In this document: positions 29,560 to 39,046 of the stretch, in pieces | How positions within the stretch are numbered: position 1 is the first letter of the stretch | How the letters are laid out: every line of letters begins with the position of its first letter | NCBI GenBank assembly: GCA_963845145.1 | Contig: CAWJQU010000008.1 | Span: 256,001 to 320,000, forward strand | Reading direction: 5' to 3' | Source: an uncultured delta proteobacterium | GTDB taxonomy: Bacteria; Desulfobacterota; Desulfobacteria; Desulfobacterales; QNYZ01 | DNA length: 64,000 bases | Translations under genes and position numbers: made by a program | Notes under the pieces: generated by a model | The model's input: only the letters and a program-made list of their open reading frames with translations | What the model was told of the DNA's origin: nothing | Database searches by the model: none

Positions 29560-30366
29560 TCATTGTCTGACAAGTGCTTTTAATGCCTTTTTTCCCTCGC
29601 TACTCAATCCCATTAAATCGATGTCGCGTGACAATTGCGCCTTATCGCCATGTCCCCCAACATAGCCATTAAGCCGTGCTGCGGCCGTAGAGTTCACAAA
29701 ATCCCGGTGATGCGGATAAATATGCACCAACTCTTTCTCCAGGCCATCATAACCTTTTAAAAGGTATTTCTGGTGATAATCCTCGGCCATGGTAAAGGAT
29801 CTGAGCGGGACCACCCTGGTTTTCACTTTGTGGCCGATTTTTTGTGCCAGGGTCGCTTTGGAAGCTTCTGCCTGCAAGCGCTGCTTCTCATCATGGTAAA
29901 ATACCGCGTTCATATATTGCCGGGACCACGACCGTGTCTTAGGTTGGTGGCTTTTCCAGAAAATTTCCAACAATTGCGCATAGCTGATGCGATTCGGATC
30001 ATAATCCACCTGGACGGTTTCGGTATGATCCCCCATACGGGTATACGTTGGCGAAACTTTTTGTCCGCCGGCATACCCCACACGTGTCCGAATCACCCCC
30101 TCAATGATCCCAAACTGGGATTCGATACCCCAGAATCAGCCCAAACCGAAGGATGCGGTTTCAATTTTTGATGGCGCCATTTCATCGATGGGTGGTATCC
30201 CCGGTGATTTTATTTTGGATGCAGATGCAAGATTCATTTTATCCTCCTTTATCTCAGATGCATGGTTTGACTTTATGGCCACCACAAGGCAACTGATAGT
30301 TAAAAATAAAAATATGCTCCAAACGGTTGATTTTCGAATACGCTTTTTCTTTCTCCTCGTCTTCAT
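29560..30366 (-). CDS. msrA: Selenocysteine-containing peptide methionine sulfoxide reductase A with N-terminal membrane/signal segment
   Basis: Two ORF-track pieces are in frame across TGA 30136-30138, giving ETASFGLG-U-FWGIESQFG..GVIRTRVGYAGG. Also DHTETV and AEDYHQKY. Confidence 0.92.
30107..30121 (-). promoter_or_regulatory. Candidate bacterial SECIS hairpin
   Basis: mRNA AUCCCA-GUU-UGGGAU. Stem starts 14 nt after the UGA and the loop begins with GU. Confidence 0.6.
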
Positions 30367-30569
30367 CTCAAACGTCCTTTCATTTAAGGTTCGCGAAAAA
30401 ATATGACGTTAATTTTTCGCGAGCCCTTAGGTTACGTCAAGCTTCGATAAATACCTTAAATACCGCCGGCCAATCCTTGCACATAAATAATAACCATTTT
30501 TAGGGAGAGTTCTGTAAAGATTCGGTAAAGATTGTGGGGTTGGGCTCAACGGACAGAAATGGCATAAAT

Positions 30570-30693
30570 GATTGCTTCGTAATCCGCCTGTGGCGGATTG
30601 CGTTGTGCTTCATCCTGTCGTGGTTACGACGTACGATAAGTACCCCGTATCACAACCGATTCGCGACGAATTGAACTTGTCCGCCTTGGCAGA
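30570..30693. repeat. Degenerate MITE-like repeat (inverted copy of 47853-47978) with two TCCGCC..GGCGGA-type palindromes
   Basis: Aligns by eye to the reverse complement of 47853-47978 (gcttcgtaa, tgcgttg.gcttcatcc, cgtacga.aagtac, gattcgcgacg, ttgaacttg). Confidence 0.75.
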
Positions 30694-30707
30694 TTACATT
30701 TTATGGC

Positions 30708-32483
30708 TCAGTTGGTGCAAGGTAACCAGTGAAGATTCTCGGGCACCACCTTCGTCCACAACGGGAAGCGATCCGCCTCGGCGTCGACCGGATTCCGTGT
30801 GATGGAGGAGGCAGAGAAATTCCACGATGCGCCTTCGGCTGACCGTTGAGCTTGACCGTTCCACGTCCAGGGAACAACGCGGAGAGGGACCCAGATCGCC
30901 CCATCCGTGTCGGGTCGAAATAGCAGGAACATCTCGAAATCGTGAAGGGCTGAGATCCTGAGGTCGTACGTGGTCGCCGGGACACCGGGGTTGTCCGTCG
31001 CACGAGGTCCAGGCGCATACGGGTACTTGGTGTCCAGGCCTTCGATCTGGATCTCCATGCAGGAGCCGACGGTGGAACTGGTGCCCATCTCGGTCCGCGC
31101 GTCGGTCTTGACGAGCTGGACGTATTGTGTTTTCCCAGGCGTGGTCCACGGCAGGGGTTCGTGACGGAACGTGATTGTGTGCTCTCCTTCCACGACGCAG
31201 ACGAGCTCCTCGTTGGCGGAGTCCTTCATCCGCAGGACCTGGAATTGGGCTTCCAGCGGAACGACCATGCGAACCCGGGTCTCCGGCTCCTTGACACGAA
31301 AGCGAGCCTTCACTTGTTTCGATCCGCCCATCGACGTACGGACGGTGATCGTTCTTTCTCCCGACTCGCCCCACCAATGGAAGGTCACGGACCCACCTTT
31401 GCGCTCCGTCGGGTCGAGCGGATCCACGGTGGCCTTCCCAAAGCCATTGGGCGCCCCCTTCACGGCCCAGTCCTCGACGACACGACCGGGAATCGTCCAC
31501 TTTCCGTCCGACGCCTCCTTCTCTTGCGGTAGGAGGACGGCTCTCAGCTCCACGCGCTCCCCGGTTATTACATCCCACGGGAAATCGCCTTCTTCGTAGG
31601 TAACATCCGACCACGCATCACCGTCACGGCGCTGTATCTGAAGGGCCTTCGGTTTCCCCGCTCGATAGGACACCTGGATTTGCACATTACCACCCGGCAC
31701 ATGGTCTGATAGTATGGGTGAGGCGCCATAGTCCAGGATCTGCGCCTGAGGTGAGCTGAAGCTCACACGCTCCTCCTGGTTCCATTGATGGACTCCTCGG
31801 ATCCGCCCGTTCTTCATAGCGCCCTGGGCGTGAAGCACTAAGATCCGCTTCCCCGAAGTATGAGAGGGATATGGTGCGGGAAAGCAGTCCTTCTGCCGCT
31901 GGTCGATGGTCGTATTGATCATCTTCTGCACCATCAGTACGTAGACGCCGTCGGTGTTAGGTGAACCCCCATAGACAAGGGCCGCCATGCCGGCACTCTG
32001 CCCCACCAGGACCTGTAGGACCATGTCGTTGCCGCCGATCTCACTGCTGCCCTTGCCGGTCTCAATCGATAGGATACTCTCCGGCGGACATGCATTTTTT
32101 CCCTTCACCTTCGGGGCCACACTGTAGATCTGACGCCAGTGCCATGTCGCGCGAAGTGACTCAGACACGTAACTCAATGTATCCCCGTCACGTTCCTGGA
32201 GCTTCATGCGGCCGCCGATGACGAAACTGGCCCGCCCGCTCTCCCAGATGTTGACATTCCCAAGCTTACCCACGTCGTCCCATGATGCGTTGAAGCGAAT
32301 CTGAACATCCAGCGTCTCATCCGCCCCCTTTTTCGAAGCGGCTGGCCGGGCATTAAACCCCAGGGCCAAGAAGACCAAGGAGACAACAACGAGCGAGCGC
32401 GCCGCTCGCCGACTCAACAAACTCAGTCGAAAACATTTGCACCGACACATTTGAAGCCCTCCGGTAGGCGTTGGCGAATCCAT
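30708..32483 (-). CDS. Hypothetical exported beta-rich protein, GC-rich relative to flanks
   Basis: 591-aa ORF with a hydrophobic N-terminal segment (SLVVVSLVFLALGFNARPA). No family recognised. Start uncertain. Confidence 0.7.
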   Translation of the reverse strand: MDSPTPTGGLQMCRCKCFRLSLLSRRAARSLVVVSLVFLALGFNARPAASKKGADETLDVQIRFNASWDDVGKLGNVNIWESGRASFVIGGRMKLQERDGDTLSYVSESLRATWHWRQIYSVAPKVKGKNACPPESILSIETGKGSSEIGGNDMVLQVLVGQSAGMAALVYGGSPNTDGVYVLMVQKMINTTIDQRQKDCFPAPYPSHTSGKRILVLHAQGAMKNGRIRGVHQWNQEERVSFSSPQAQILDYGASPILSDHVPGGNVQIQVSYRAGKPKALQIQRRDGDAWSDVTYEEGDFPWDVITGERVELRAVLLPQEKEASDGKWTIPGRVVEDWAVKGAPNGFGKATVDPLDPTERKGGSVTFHWWGESGERTITVRTSMGGSKQVKARFRVKEPETRVRMVVPLEAQFQVLRMKDSANEELVCVVEGEHTITFRHEPLPWTTPGKTQYVQLVKTDARTEMGTSSTVGSCMEIQIEGLDTKYPYAPGPRATDNPGVPATTYDLRISALHDFEMFLLFRPDTDGAIWVPLRVVPWTWNGQAQRSAEGASWNFSASSITRNPVDAEADRFPLWTKVVPENLHWLPCTN

Positions 32484-32586
32484 AGATACTGCGAGGCCGC
32501 AATCGACCGAATTCGGTTTTTGCCCAACCTGATTTTAACGTCTCAGATCGATCATCGCCATTGGTAATGCTGATGAAAGTAGTCCC

Positions 32587-34749
32587 TTATTTAAACGGTA
32601 TCTTTTTTTGGTCGGTACTCATTGACGTTTTTTTATACTTCCCGTTTATCCAGTTATCGAGATCCGAGCAATACCATTTTGAAAACCGTCGGTCCGAGGG
32701 GCCGCCTGCAAGATTGGAGAAAACATCATTTGAACTCATGTCGGAAACGATTCTAAAAGTAGGGAAAAAAGTCGTGTTTCTGTCAGCACTTCTGTATATT
32801 TGCCCCTGATGTATTGTTGCTCTGCTCCCAATCCCGACAATCGGTCCTTTATCAAATCCCATAAATTTTGGCAGTTTTCCGTCAAATAGAATATGCGTCA
32901 TGGTGAAGGTTCTATTTTCGCCCCACGTTTGAGGTTCAATATTAATGGTTTCGTTAACGACCTTTTGAAAAATTTCATTCCTTGTTCGGCCGCCAAACCA
33001 GATGGATTGCTCGGCCAGCAGTATGCGATCAAAATTATCATAAAAGTCGATGAAGACACCGGTTTCGCCGGCCAGAAAATCGATAACGTTTTCTCCAACA
33101 CCGTTCTTGCCAAATACTTCCCGGTATAGCCCTTTATAAAATGCTTCAAAAAGAAAAGCGCCCTTGGATTCTTTGGTATATCTCAGGTCCCAGTTCTTTA
33201 AAATATCTCCCTGGGGTGTCTCGGGCAATAGCGGTCTCAGTATCTCCATAAACAAATTTGCTTCAAGGGAGTATACATCGAAATGCATCTTGTAAATATC
33301 TTCAAGGGTCATATTATCTGCGGGTTCAATAAGCTGATCGATTCGATCGGCGCGGTAGGTGCCCATTGGCATGTTTATCGGGTTTGCGAGGCCATATTCA
33401 TTTAGATTGTTATTGGCAGTTGAGAAATACCCTTTTTCAGGGTTGTAACAACGCGGCATCTCACTGAGATTGTAAAACCCTTGCCAGTCATTCTCTTTTT
33501 TCCAGCCCGGTAAGGGTACAAATCCGCTCACGCCTTCTCGTCGTTTGGGCGCAAGGCCGGACATTTGAAAACCGATATTGCCCTCACTATCAGAAAAAAC
33601 AAAATCCCATCCGGTTTCAACGGCCCCCAGAGCGTCCATCCCCTCTTCAACGGATTTCGCATCCCACATTTTCAAAAGAGAATTAAACGTTTTAGCACCG
33701 GAATCACCCGCTGCCCATTTTGTTGCCAGGTAGTAACCGTCTATCGTCGGATCTCCATCCAGAACACCGTGATCGTTTTCATAAAAGATAACTTCAACAG
33801 GTTCTTTTTTCTTCCGTTTGATTATCTCCTTTCTTCGATTGAATTCCAGCCATTGATCACCCTCTTCGCGATAATACTTACCACTTTCACATATCTCCAC
33901 CCAGGAATCGATGGCGTCTATAAAAGAATAAGTCGCTCCCCAACAAAGATCTCGATTTCTACCGGTTAGTATGCCGGGCATACCCGGCATGGATCCACCG
34001 ACAGTGAACTGGTCCTTTTGGTGTAGAACCATTTCACACCATACATTTGGAAGTCTGTCCACTTCCAGGTGTGGGTCGTTTGAAAGAATGGGTTTTCCAG
34101 AGGCCGTTTTTTTTCCTGAAACAACCCAGTTGTTAGATGCCATCATTCTTGGCAGTGGCAGCCTCCAACGCACACTGGCAGGGATAATTCTTTCAGAAAG
34201 CGTCACTTTATTTAATAGTTCAAAATCAACCCCCTCCAGGATTCCGGGAAAAAGTTCTTGGAGGTGTTCTTCTGAAACACCGCCTTGGACAAGTTCAATA
34301 AACAGACGTTCCACTTCTTCCTGAGATTGGACCAGGGTTAAATATCCAATCATTCTGGAAAGCATGATGATATCTGCCGGGCACCATGTTTCATGGCGAT
34401 ACCCCAGCAGTTTCAGCTCCCAGGGGATTTTTTTTACAAAAACGGCATTTGCGCCATCGCAATACGCGGCTAAGGCTTCCGAATCTTGTTCCGAGAGCAA
34501 TTCAAGCTGATCTTGAATATTTCCCGACCAATTTGCTTTGCGGAAGAATTTATCAACTGCAAGCAAATTGTCATTCGACGCCAGGATTTCCGAAGCTCTT
34601 CCCTGCCCCAAAATCCGCATCATCAACATCTGCATGCCGCGATCAGTCCCATGAGCATATCCCATGCCCCAATATAAATCGGTTGTCTTGTCCGCTTCAA
34701 TATGGGGTGTTCCGTTTTTGTCTCTCCAGATTTTTACGCCATTTTTCAT
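32587..34749 (-). CDS. Penicillin acylase family (Ntn-hydrolase, peptidase S45)
   Basis: RDKNGTPHI, GYAHGTDR, nucleophile motif ASNNWVVSG, SNDPHL and TANN. Confidence 0.92.
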   Translation of the reverse strand: MKNGVKIWRDKNGTPHIEADKTTDLYWGMGYAHGTDRGMQMLMMRILGQGRASEILASNDNLLAVDKFFRKANWSGNIQDQLELLSEQDSEALAAYCDGANAVFVKKIPWELKLLGYRHETWCPADIIMLSRMIGYLTLVQSQEEVERLFIELVQGGVSEEHLQELFPGILEGVDFELLNKVTLSERIIPASVRWRLPLPRMMASNNWVVSGKKTASGKPILSNDPHLEVDRLPNVWCEMVLHQKDQFTVGGSMPGMPGILTGRNRDLCWGATYSFIDAIDSWVEICESGKYYREEGDQWLEFNRRKEIIKRKKKEPVEVIFYENDHGVLDGDPTIDGYYLATKWAAGDSGAKTFNSLLKMWDAKSVEEGMDALGAVETGWDFVFSDSEGNIGFQMSGLAPKRREGVSGFVPLPGWKKENDWQGFYNLSEMPRCYNPEKGYFSTANNNLNEYGLANPINMPMGTYRADRIDQLIEPADNMTLEDIYKMHFDVYSLEANLFMEILRPLLPETPQGDILKNWDLRYTKESKGAFLFEAFYKGLYREVFGKNGVGENVIDFLAGETGVFIDFYDNFDRILLAEQSIWFGGRTRNEIFQKVVNETINIEPQTWGENRTFTMTHILFDGKLPKFMGFDKGPIVGIGSRATIHQGQIYRSADRNTTFFPTFRIVSDMSSNDVFSNLAGGPSDRRFSKWYCSDLDNWINGKYKKTSMSTDQKKIPFK

Positions 34750-34840
34750 TTATGTTTCCCTTAAAGAACATCCCGGTTTAAAGCCATGTTGCTTTTACCC
34801 CGACCCCGAATTTGAGAAAGTTTTTTTAAAAATCCCCAAA

Positions 34841-35362
34841 TTATTTCAATTTAGCCGTTTCAAGGTACTGATTCACCCGTGTGATGATATTGAAAAACAT
34901 CTTCGACCCGGTCATTGAGGTGAAAAGATCGTCTTTATTGCCACAAATTTTAGCAAACTCGGGTCCGATGATTTGGGCAGGGTCCTGAAGATCGGTTTTT
35001 TTTGACAACGCATCCACATACATATCCAGGCGCTCTCTCAGGATTTGGAAATAATCGATATCCTGGCCAATCATCATTTCAGTTGTTTCGGACAGGCTTT
35101 GGGAAAATTCGTATATCGCTTTCCAATATATTTCGGAAAGCGGTTCTTTTACAGGATTGTTTTCCAGGTGGTAAGTGATGGCCCAGCCCACGCTGATTAT
35201 TTTCAGGATTGGAAGCTCGTATTCAACCTTGACGCGCTTGATGTCCGCCTCTTCCGGCAAAAGGGCCATGAGGTATCTTACATCTTCGCGCTCGATGGCG
35301 TAATTGAAAAAGTCCTCACCAGCCATTTCTATTTTTGATTTTTCCTCTTTAGCTTTAACCAT
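34841..35362 (-). CDS. Hypothetical protein
   Basis: 173-aa helical ORF. A deleted paralog lies at 37171-37309. Confidence 0.75.
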   Translation of the reverse strand: MVKAKEEKSKIEMAGEDFFNYAIEREDVRYLMALLPEEADIKRVKVEYELPILKIISVGWAITYHLENNPVKEPLSEIYWKAIYEFSQSLSETTEMMIGQDIDYFQILRERLDMYVDALSKKTDLQDPAQIIGPEFAKICGNKDDLFTSMTGSKMFFNIITRVNQYLETAKLK

Positions 35363-35442
35363 GGTTTTTCTTTCAATATAAAAACTTTGCCTTCAGGGCT
35401 GGGACAATAGGGTAGATTTAGCCAATTTGGTATCTCCGGCGA

Positions 35443-36435
35443 TTATTCATTTGCAAATATTTCACGAAAGTCGTTTTTCATGCTCACCACCAGCCAATCG
35501 CGTGATTTGGCTTTTTTAAGCAACTTTTTTTTGTGGTACGCGTACTCTCTTTCGGTATCATCATGGTCCAGAATACATACCATACTGGGCAAACGGCTGT
35601 CCGCAGCCGCATCGAGCATGGCATAATCGCCCATGGAATTTCCAAAAGCGAAAATCGCCGGCAGTAGTGCACGTTCTCGCATTCTGACGACTTTCTCATT
35701 GTCTGCATTATACGGATCAAAATAAGATTTGTTCCTAACAAATACAGGGGGCGCATCTTCATCGAGGTTTGCCAGATCAAAGCCCACCATGGTCCCGATG
35801 ATCTGCTGGGGGGGGACCCCGATTCGATTTTGCGATATGCTCCGAATGAATTCCTGTTGTGACGTAGAAACCACATAGACGGTAAATCCATTATCCTGAA
35901 GATATTGAATCAACTCCAGCATGGGCAGGTAGAAAAGCGACGCGTAGGGGCGATTAAATCGTGGGTGTGTCTGGGTTTCCATAAATTGACGGCAGAAATC
36001 GATGTAAGACGACAGTGTTTCGCCGGCAAAAGCTTCAGCAATCACATCCTTTACATGCTTATAGAGAAAATCCTTATCTTCGTTAAGGATGGCGCTGTAA
36101 ATCGGCTGGTCGGCCAAAGCGGGATTGGCCCTTACCTTTTCAAGCAACTTATGCTCAGAAAGCACCACTTCGATATAATTTGGTTTTTCGCATAAAAGCG
36201 TGCCGTCCATATCAAAAAATGCACGCCTTTGGTTTTCCGGAACAAAATTAGCAGAGCCTTGGGTGGTCACATCTTTAACAAAGGAGGTAATTTTCGTTTT
36301 AGCGGTGCCTTCCTGCCAGGATTTGAGAATAGCCCCGGAGAGCTGAACGTGACGGTTATCGGTTGTTTGGATTTGAAATGGGGAGCAGCTTAAAAAGATA
36401 CATGCAGATAATAGGAAAATGGTAACTCGTCTCAT
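35443..36435 (-). CDS. HAD-family phosphatase, probable lipoprotein
   Basis: Lipobox-like FLSC, FDMDGTL, VVST and FGNSMGDYAML. Confidence 0.88.
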   Translation of the reverse strand: MRRVTIFLLSACIFLSCSPFQIQTTDNRHVQLSGAILKSWQEGTAKTKITSFVKDVTTQGSANFVPENQRRAFFDMDGTLLCEKPNYIEVVLSEHKLLEKVRANPALADQPIYSAILNEDKDFLYKHVKDVIAEAFAGETLSSYIDFCRQFMETQTHPRFNRPYASLFYLPMLELIQYLQDNGFTVYVVSTSQQEFIRSISQNRIGVPPQQIIGTMVGFDLANLDEDAPPVFVRNKSYFDPYNADNEKVVRMRERALLPAIFAFGNSMGDYAMLDAAADSRLPSMVCILDHDDTEREYAYHKKKLLKKAKSRDWLVVSMKNDFREIFANE

Positions 36436-36740
36436 AATTATTGTTCCTCTTTCTTTAAAACGACGGTTTAATGTTTGTGAAAATCCGTTTATCTATCTGG
36501 ATGGGTAGATGTTACAACATCGTTCAATATCGCCCGTAAGCTACTGCAAAATATTATTAACAAACCTTAGCGTGATCGGTTCTTTCTAGGTTTCTATATA
36601 AAATACGTGGTCCTTGACACACTGACCACCGAGCAATTTTTGATTGGTATTGTCATGCTAAACGTGCCAAATTGGGAATTGTATATAAAGATTAATTTTA
36701 ATAATCAATATGTTATATTCGGAAAAGGCCTAAGCCCCCG

Positions 36741-37127
36741 TTAACCATTTTCGTTATTCCATGCCTCGATCGCCTCCTTGGCAGCTCTAAAAGCATCAAT
36801 TCCCGCCGGGACCCCGCAATAAACCGCAGATTGAAGCAACACCTCTTGAATTTCCTCTTCGGTACAGCCGTTACGCAAAGCTCCCCGAACATGGGTTTTT
36901 AATTCCGCCGGGGCTTTTAGGGCCGCTAAAGTTGCTATTGTGATTAGGCTACGCGTTTTCCTGGGAATGACCTCACGGGTCCATATTTCACCCCAGCAAT
37001 TTTCCGTTACCAGGTCCTGCATGGGCTTGTTGAATTTCGTAGTTGAATTTTTTGTTTTATCGACGTACTCGTCGCCGAGCACTTCCCGCCGTACCAACAT
37101 TCCTTTTTTGTATTTCTCGCTGCTCAT
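36741..37127 (-). CDS. Carboxymuconolactone decarboxylase family protein (PcaC-like)
   Basis: RREVLGDEYV, WGEIWTR, HVRGALRNG and AVYCGVPA. Confidence 0.9.
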   Translation of the reverse strand: MSSEKYKKGMLVRREVLGDEYVDKTKNSTTKFNKPMQDLVTENCWGEIWTREVIPRKTRSLITIATLAALKAPAELKTHVRGALRNGCTEEEIQEVLLQSAVYCGVPAGIDAFRAAKEAIEAWNNENG

Positions 37128-37170
37128 GATGATTCACTCCATTTTTTGATATACTTTTTAGATTCTCTGA

Positions 37171-37309
37171 TTATTTCAACTTGGCCTTTTCAAGGTACTG
37201 ATTAACCCGCGGGATAATATTAGAAAACATCTTCGCGTTCGATGGCGAAATTGAAAAAGTCCTCGCCCGCCAGCTCTATATTCGATTTTTTCTTTTTGGT
37301 GGTCACCAT
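37171..37309 (-). pseudogene. Internally deleted paralog of 34841-35362
   Basis: 5' end MVTTKKKKSNIELAGEDFFNFAIEREDV and the 3' end of the gene are joined at ACATCTTCG (37227-37235). 139 bp equals 522 minus 383. Confidence 0.9.
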
Positions 37310-37610
37310 GGCGCTTTTCCAGTATTGATAACCTTGTTCCCATGGTCTGGGGTTGAGGTTTCTATTATTACGTTATCTTTTAATTATCAATGTGTTATTT
37401 TGGTCTAAAATCCTTTGATTCCCTGGCAATAAACGCTTTCAAGCGATTGTTAACCGCTCGCAACACCCATTTTTCATTGAAGATGATGCGGCTGATTCGA
37501 AACCCAAATAAACCATTTCAACCTTTTCTGAACGTGCGTGCTAATCATTGCCCGGCGCATGATATAGTGATAGGGAAAGATTCTTTTTTACGCTACTGAA
37601 ATGAGATAAT

Positions 37611-38495
37611 ATGGAAAAAGATGAAGCCGTCAAAGCCTATGCTGCCTGGGCTGCGGTCTGTTTTTTCTGGGGCACCACCTATCTTGGTATCCGCATTGGT
37701 GTTCAGCATCTACCGCCGGCGCTCTTTGCGGGAATACGCTGGCTCGTGTCCGGCCTGATTTTCCTGATTTTCCTCAAGTTGAAGGGTGTACCCTGGCCCA
37801 ACCTGCGCGAAATCGCCAACATGGCCGTGGTGGGAATCTGCCTTCTGGTGGTGGCCAACGGCACCGTCGTGTGGGCCGAACAGTGGGTGCCCAGTGGCCT
37901 TGCCGCCCTCATCGTCTCCACACTGCCCATCTGGATGGCAGGGATCGAATCGCTTCTGCCTACGGGAACCCGGCTCACAGTCCGGAAGGTATTGGGCATT
38001 TTCATCGGTTTTTTGGGGATTGTCGTTCTCTTTTATCCGGATTTGAGACAATCCATGGACAGTGCCTACTTAAAAGGTATTATCGCCCTCTTCCTTGCCC
38101 CATGTGCCTGGGCCTCAGGGTCGCTCTTTTCCAAGTACAACCCCATCTCCTGCGATATCATGATGTCTGCCGCTATGCAGATGCTCATTGCCGGGATTAT
38201 TTTCATTATCATTGGACTGGGCCTGGGCGAAGCCGGCCGGTTTCATCCCAATCTACCAGGCATGGGAGCCATTGCCTATCTCGTCGTATTCGGATCACTC
38301 ATCGGATACGGTTCCTACATCTACGCCCTGGCTAAGCTACCGGCCGCTAAGGTGGCGCTCTTTGCCTACATTAATCCTGTGATCGCCGTTCTCCTGGGAT
38401 GGCTGATTTTAGATGAGCGATTGGACATTTATGTGGCCGTCGCCACAGTCCTGGTGCTGTCCGGGGTTCTTTTGGTTAAATCCTCAAGGACTTGA
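37611..38495 (+). CDS. EamA/DMT family transporter
   Basis: FWGTTYLGIR, PSGLAAL, YLVVFGS and AYINPVIAV, with about 10 TM segments. Confidence 0.92.
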   Translation: MEKDEAVKAYAAWAAVCFFWGTTYLGIRIGVQHLPPALFAGIRWLVSGLIFLIFLKLKGVPWPNLREIANMAVVGICLLVVANGTVVWAEQWVPSGLAALIVSTLPIWMAGIESLLPTGTRLTVRKVLGIFIGFLGIVVLFYPDLRQSMDSAYLKGIIALFLAPCAWASGSLFSKYNPISCDIMMSAAMQMLIAGIIFIIIGLGLGEAGRFHPNLPGMGAIAYLVVFGSLIGYGSYIYALAKLPAAKVALFAYINPVIAVLLGWLILDERLDIYVAVATVLVLSGVLLVKSSRT

Positions 38496-38598
38496 CCTTA
38501 TGGAAATGACGCGTATTTTTCGATTTATGATATATATTTTATAATGGTAAACTTGGCTGATTGTTGGAAAAATCCAGAGAAGGGAAAGGAATTATAGA

Positions 38599-38982
38599 AT
38601 GGTTAAAAAAGATGTCATCGATAATAAAGCCAAAGATTCCGTTGCAGCCTTTGAACCTGTTGAAGAAAGGGTGGCCAAAGGCAAGGCGCCGGTCCTCATT
38701 GAAATAATCTGTGAACGGGTACATTGTGTGATGTATGATTATGCCATCAATGCCGTGGACATGGTTGCAGAAACCTTTGGAGATCAAATTGAGATTCAGA
38801 CGGTTGTGCGGCGGGAAGGGGTAAAAAATGCCATGCGGTATTTGAACTTGTGCAAAAAAGCGGGGAAATTACTTTCTGTTCCCACCATCCTTATTAACGG
38901 GGATGTTCATTTTACGTCGGTTCCTCTTCCCGATGAATTGACAGCCGCTATACAATCAGTTCTAGAAAAGAAAAATGGTTGA
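38599..38982 (+). CDS. Thioredoxin-fold protein lacking a canonical CxxC
   Basis: cis-Pro-like SVPTILING. Cys pair is CERVHC. Confidence 0.6.
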   Translation: MVKKDVIDNKAKDSVAAFEPVEERVAKGKAPVLIEIICERVHCVMYDYAINAVDMVAETFGDQIEIQTVVRREGVKNAMRYLNLCKKAGKLLSVPTILINGDVHFTSVPLPDELTAAIQSVLEKKNG

Positions 38983-39046
38983 GATGATATAAACCCAGAA
39001 GGTCATCAAAGGTCTGTGTGGCAACCACTGCACGAGGATTCTTGGG

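Noticed and set aside
30694..31614. 306-aa alternative-frame ORF and other overlapping ORFs in the GC-rich gene
   Set aside because: Arg/Gly-rich shadow frames are expected in GC-rich DNA, and they lie within the 591-aa ORF.
36655..36670. Sigma54 promoter (TTGGCACG on the minus strand)
   Set aside because: The GC falls 8 nt after GG rather than the required 10.
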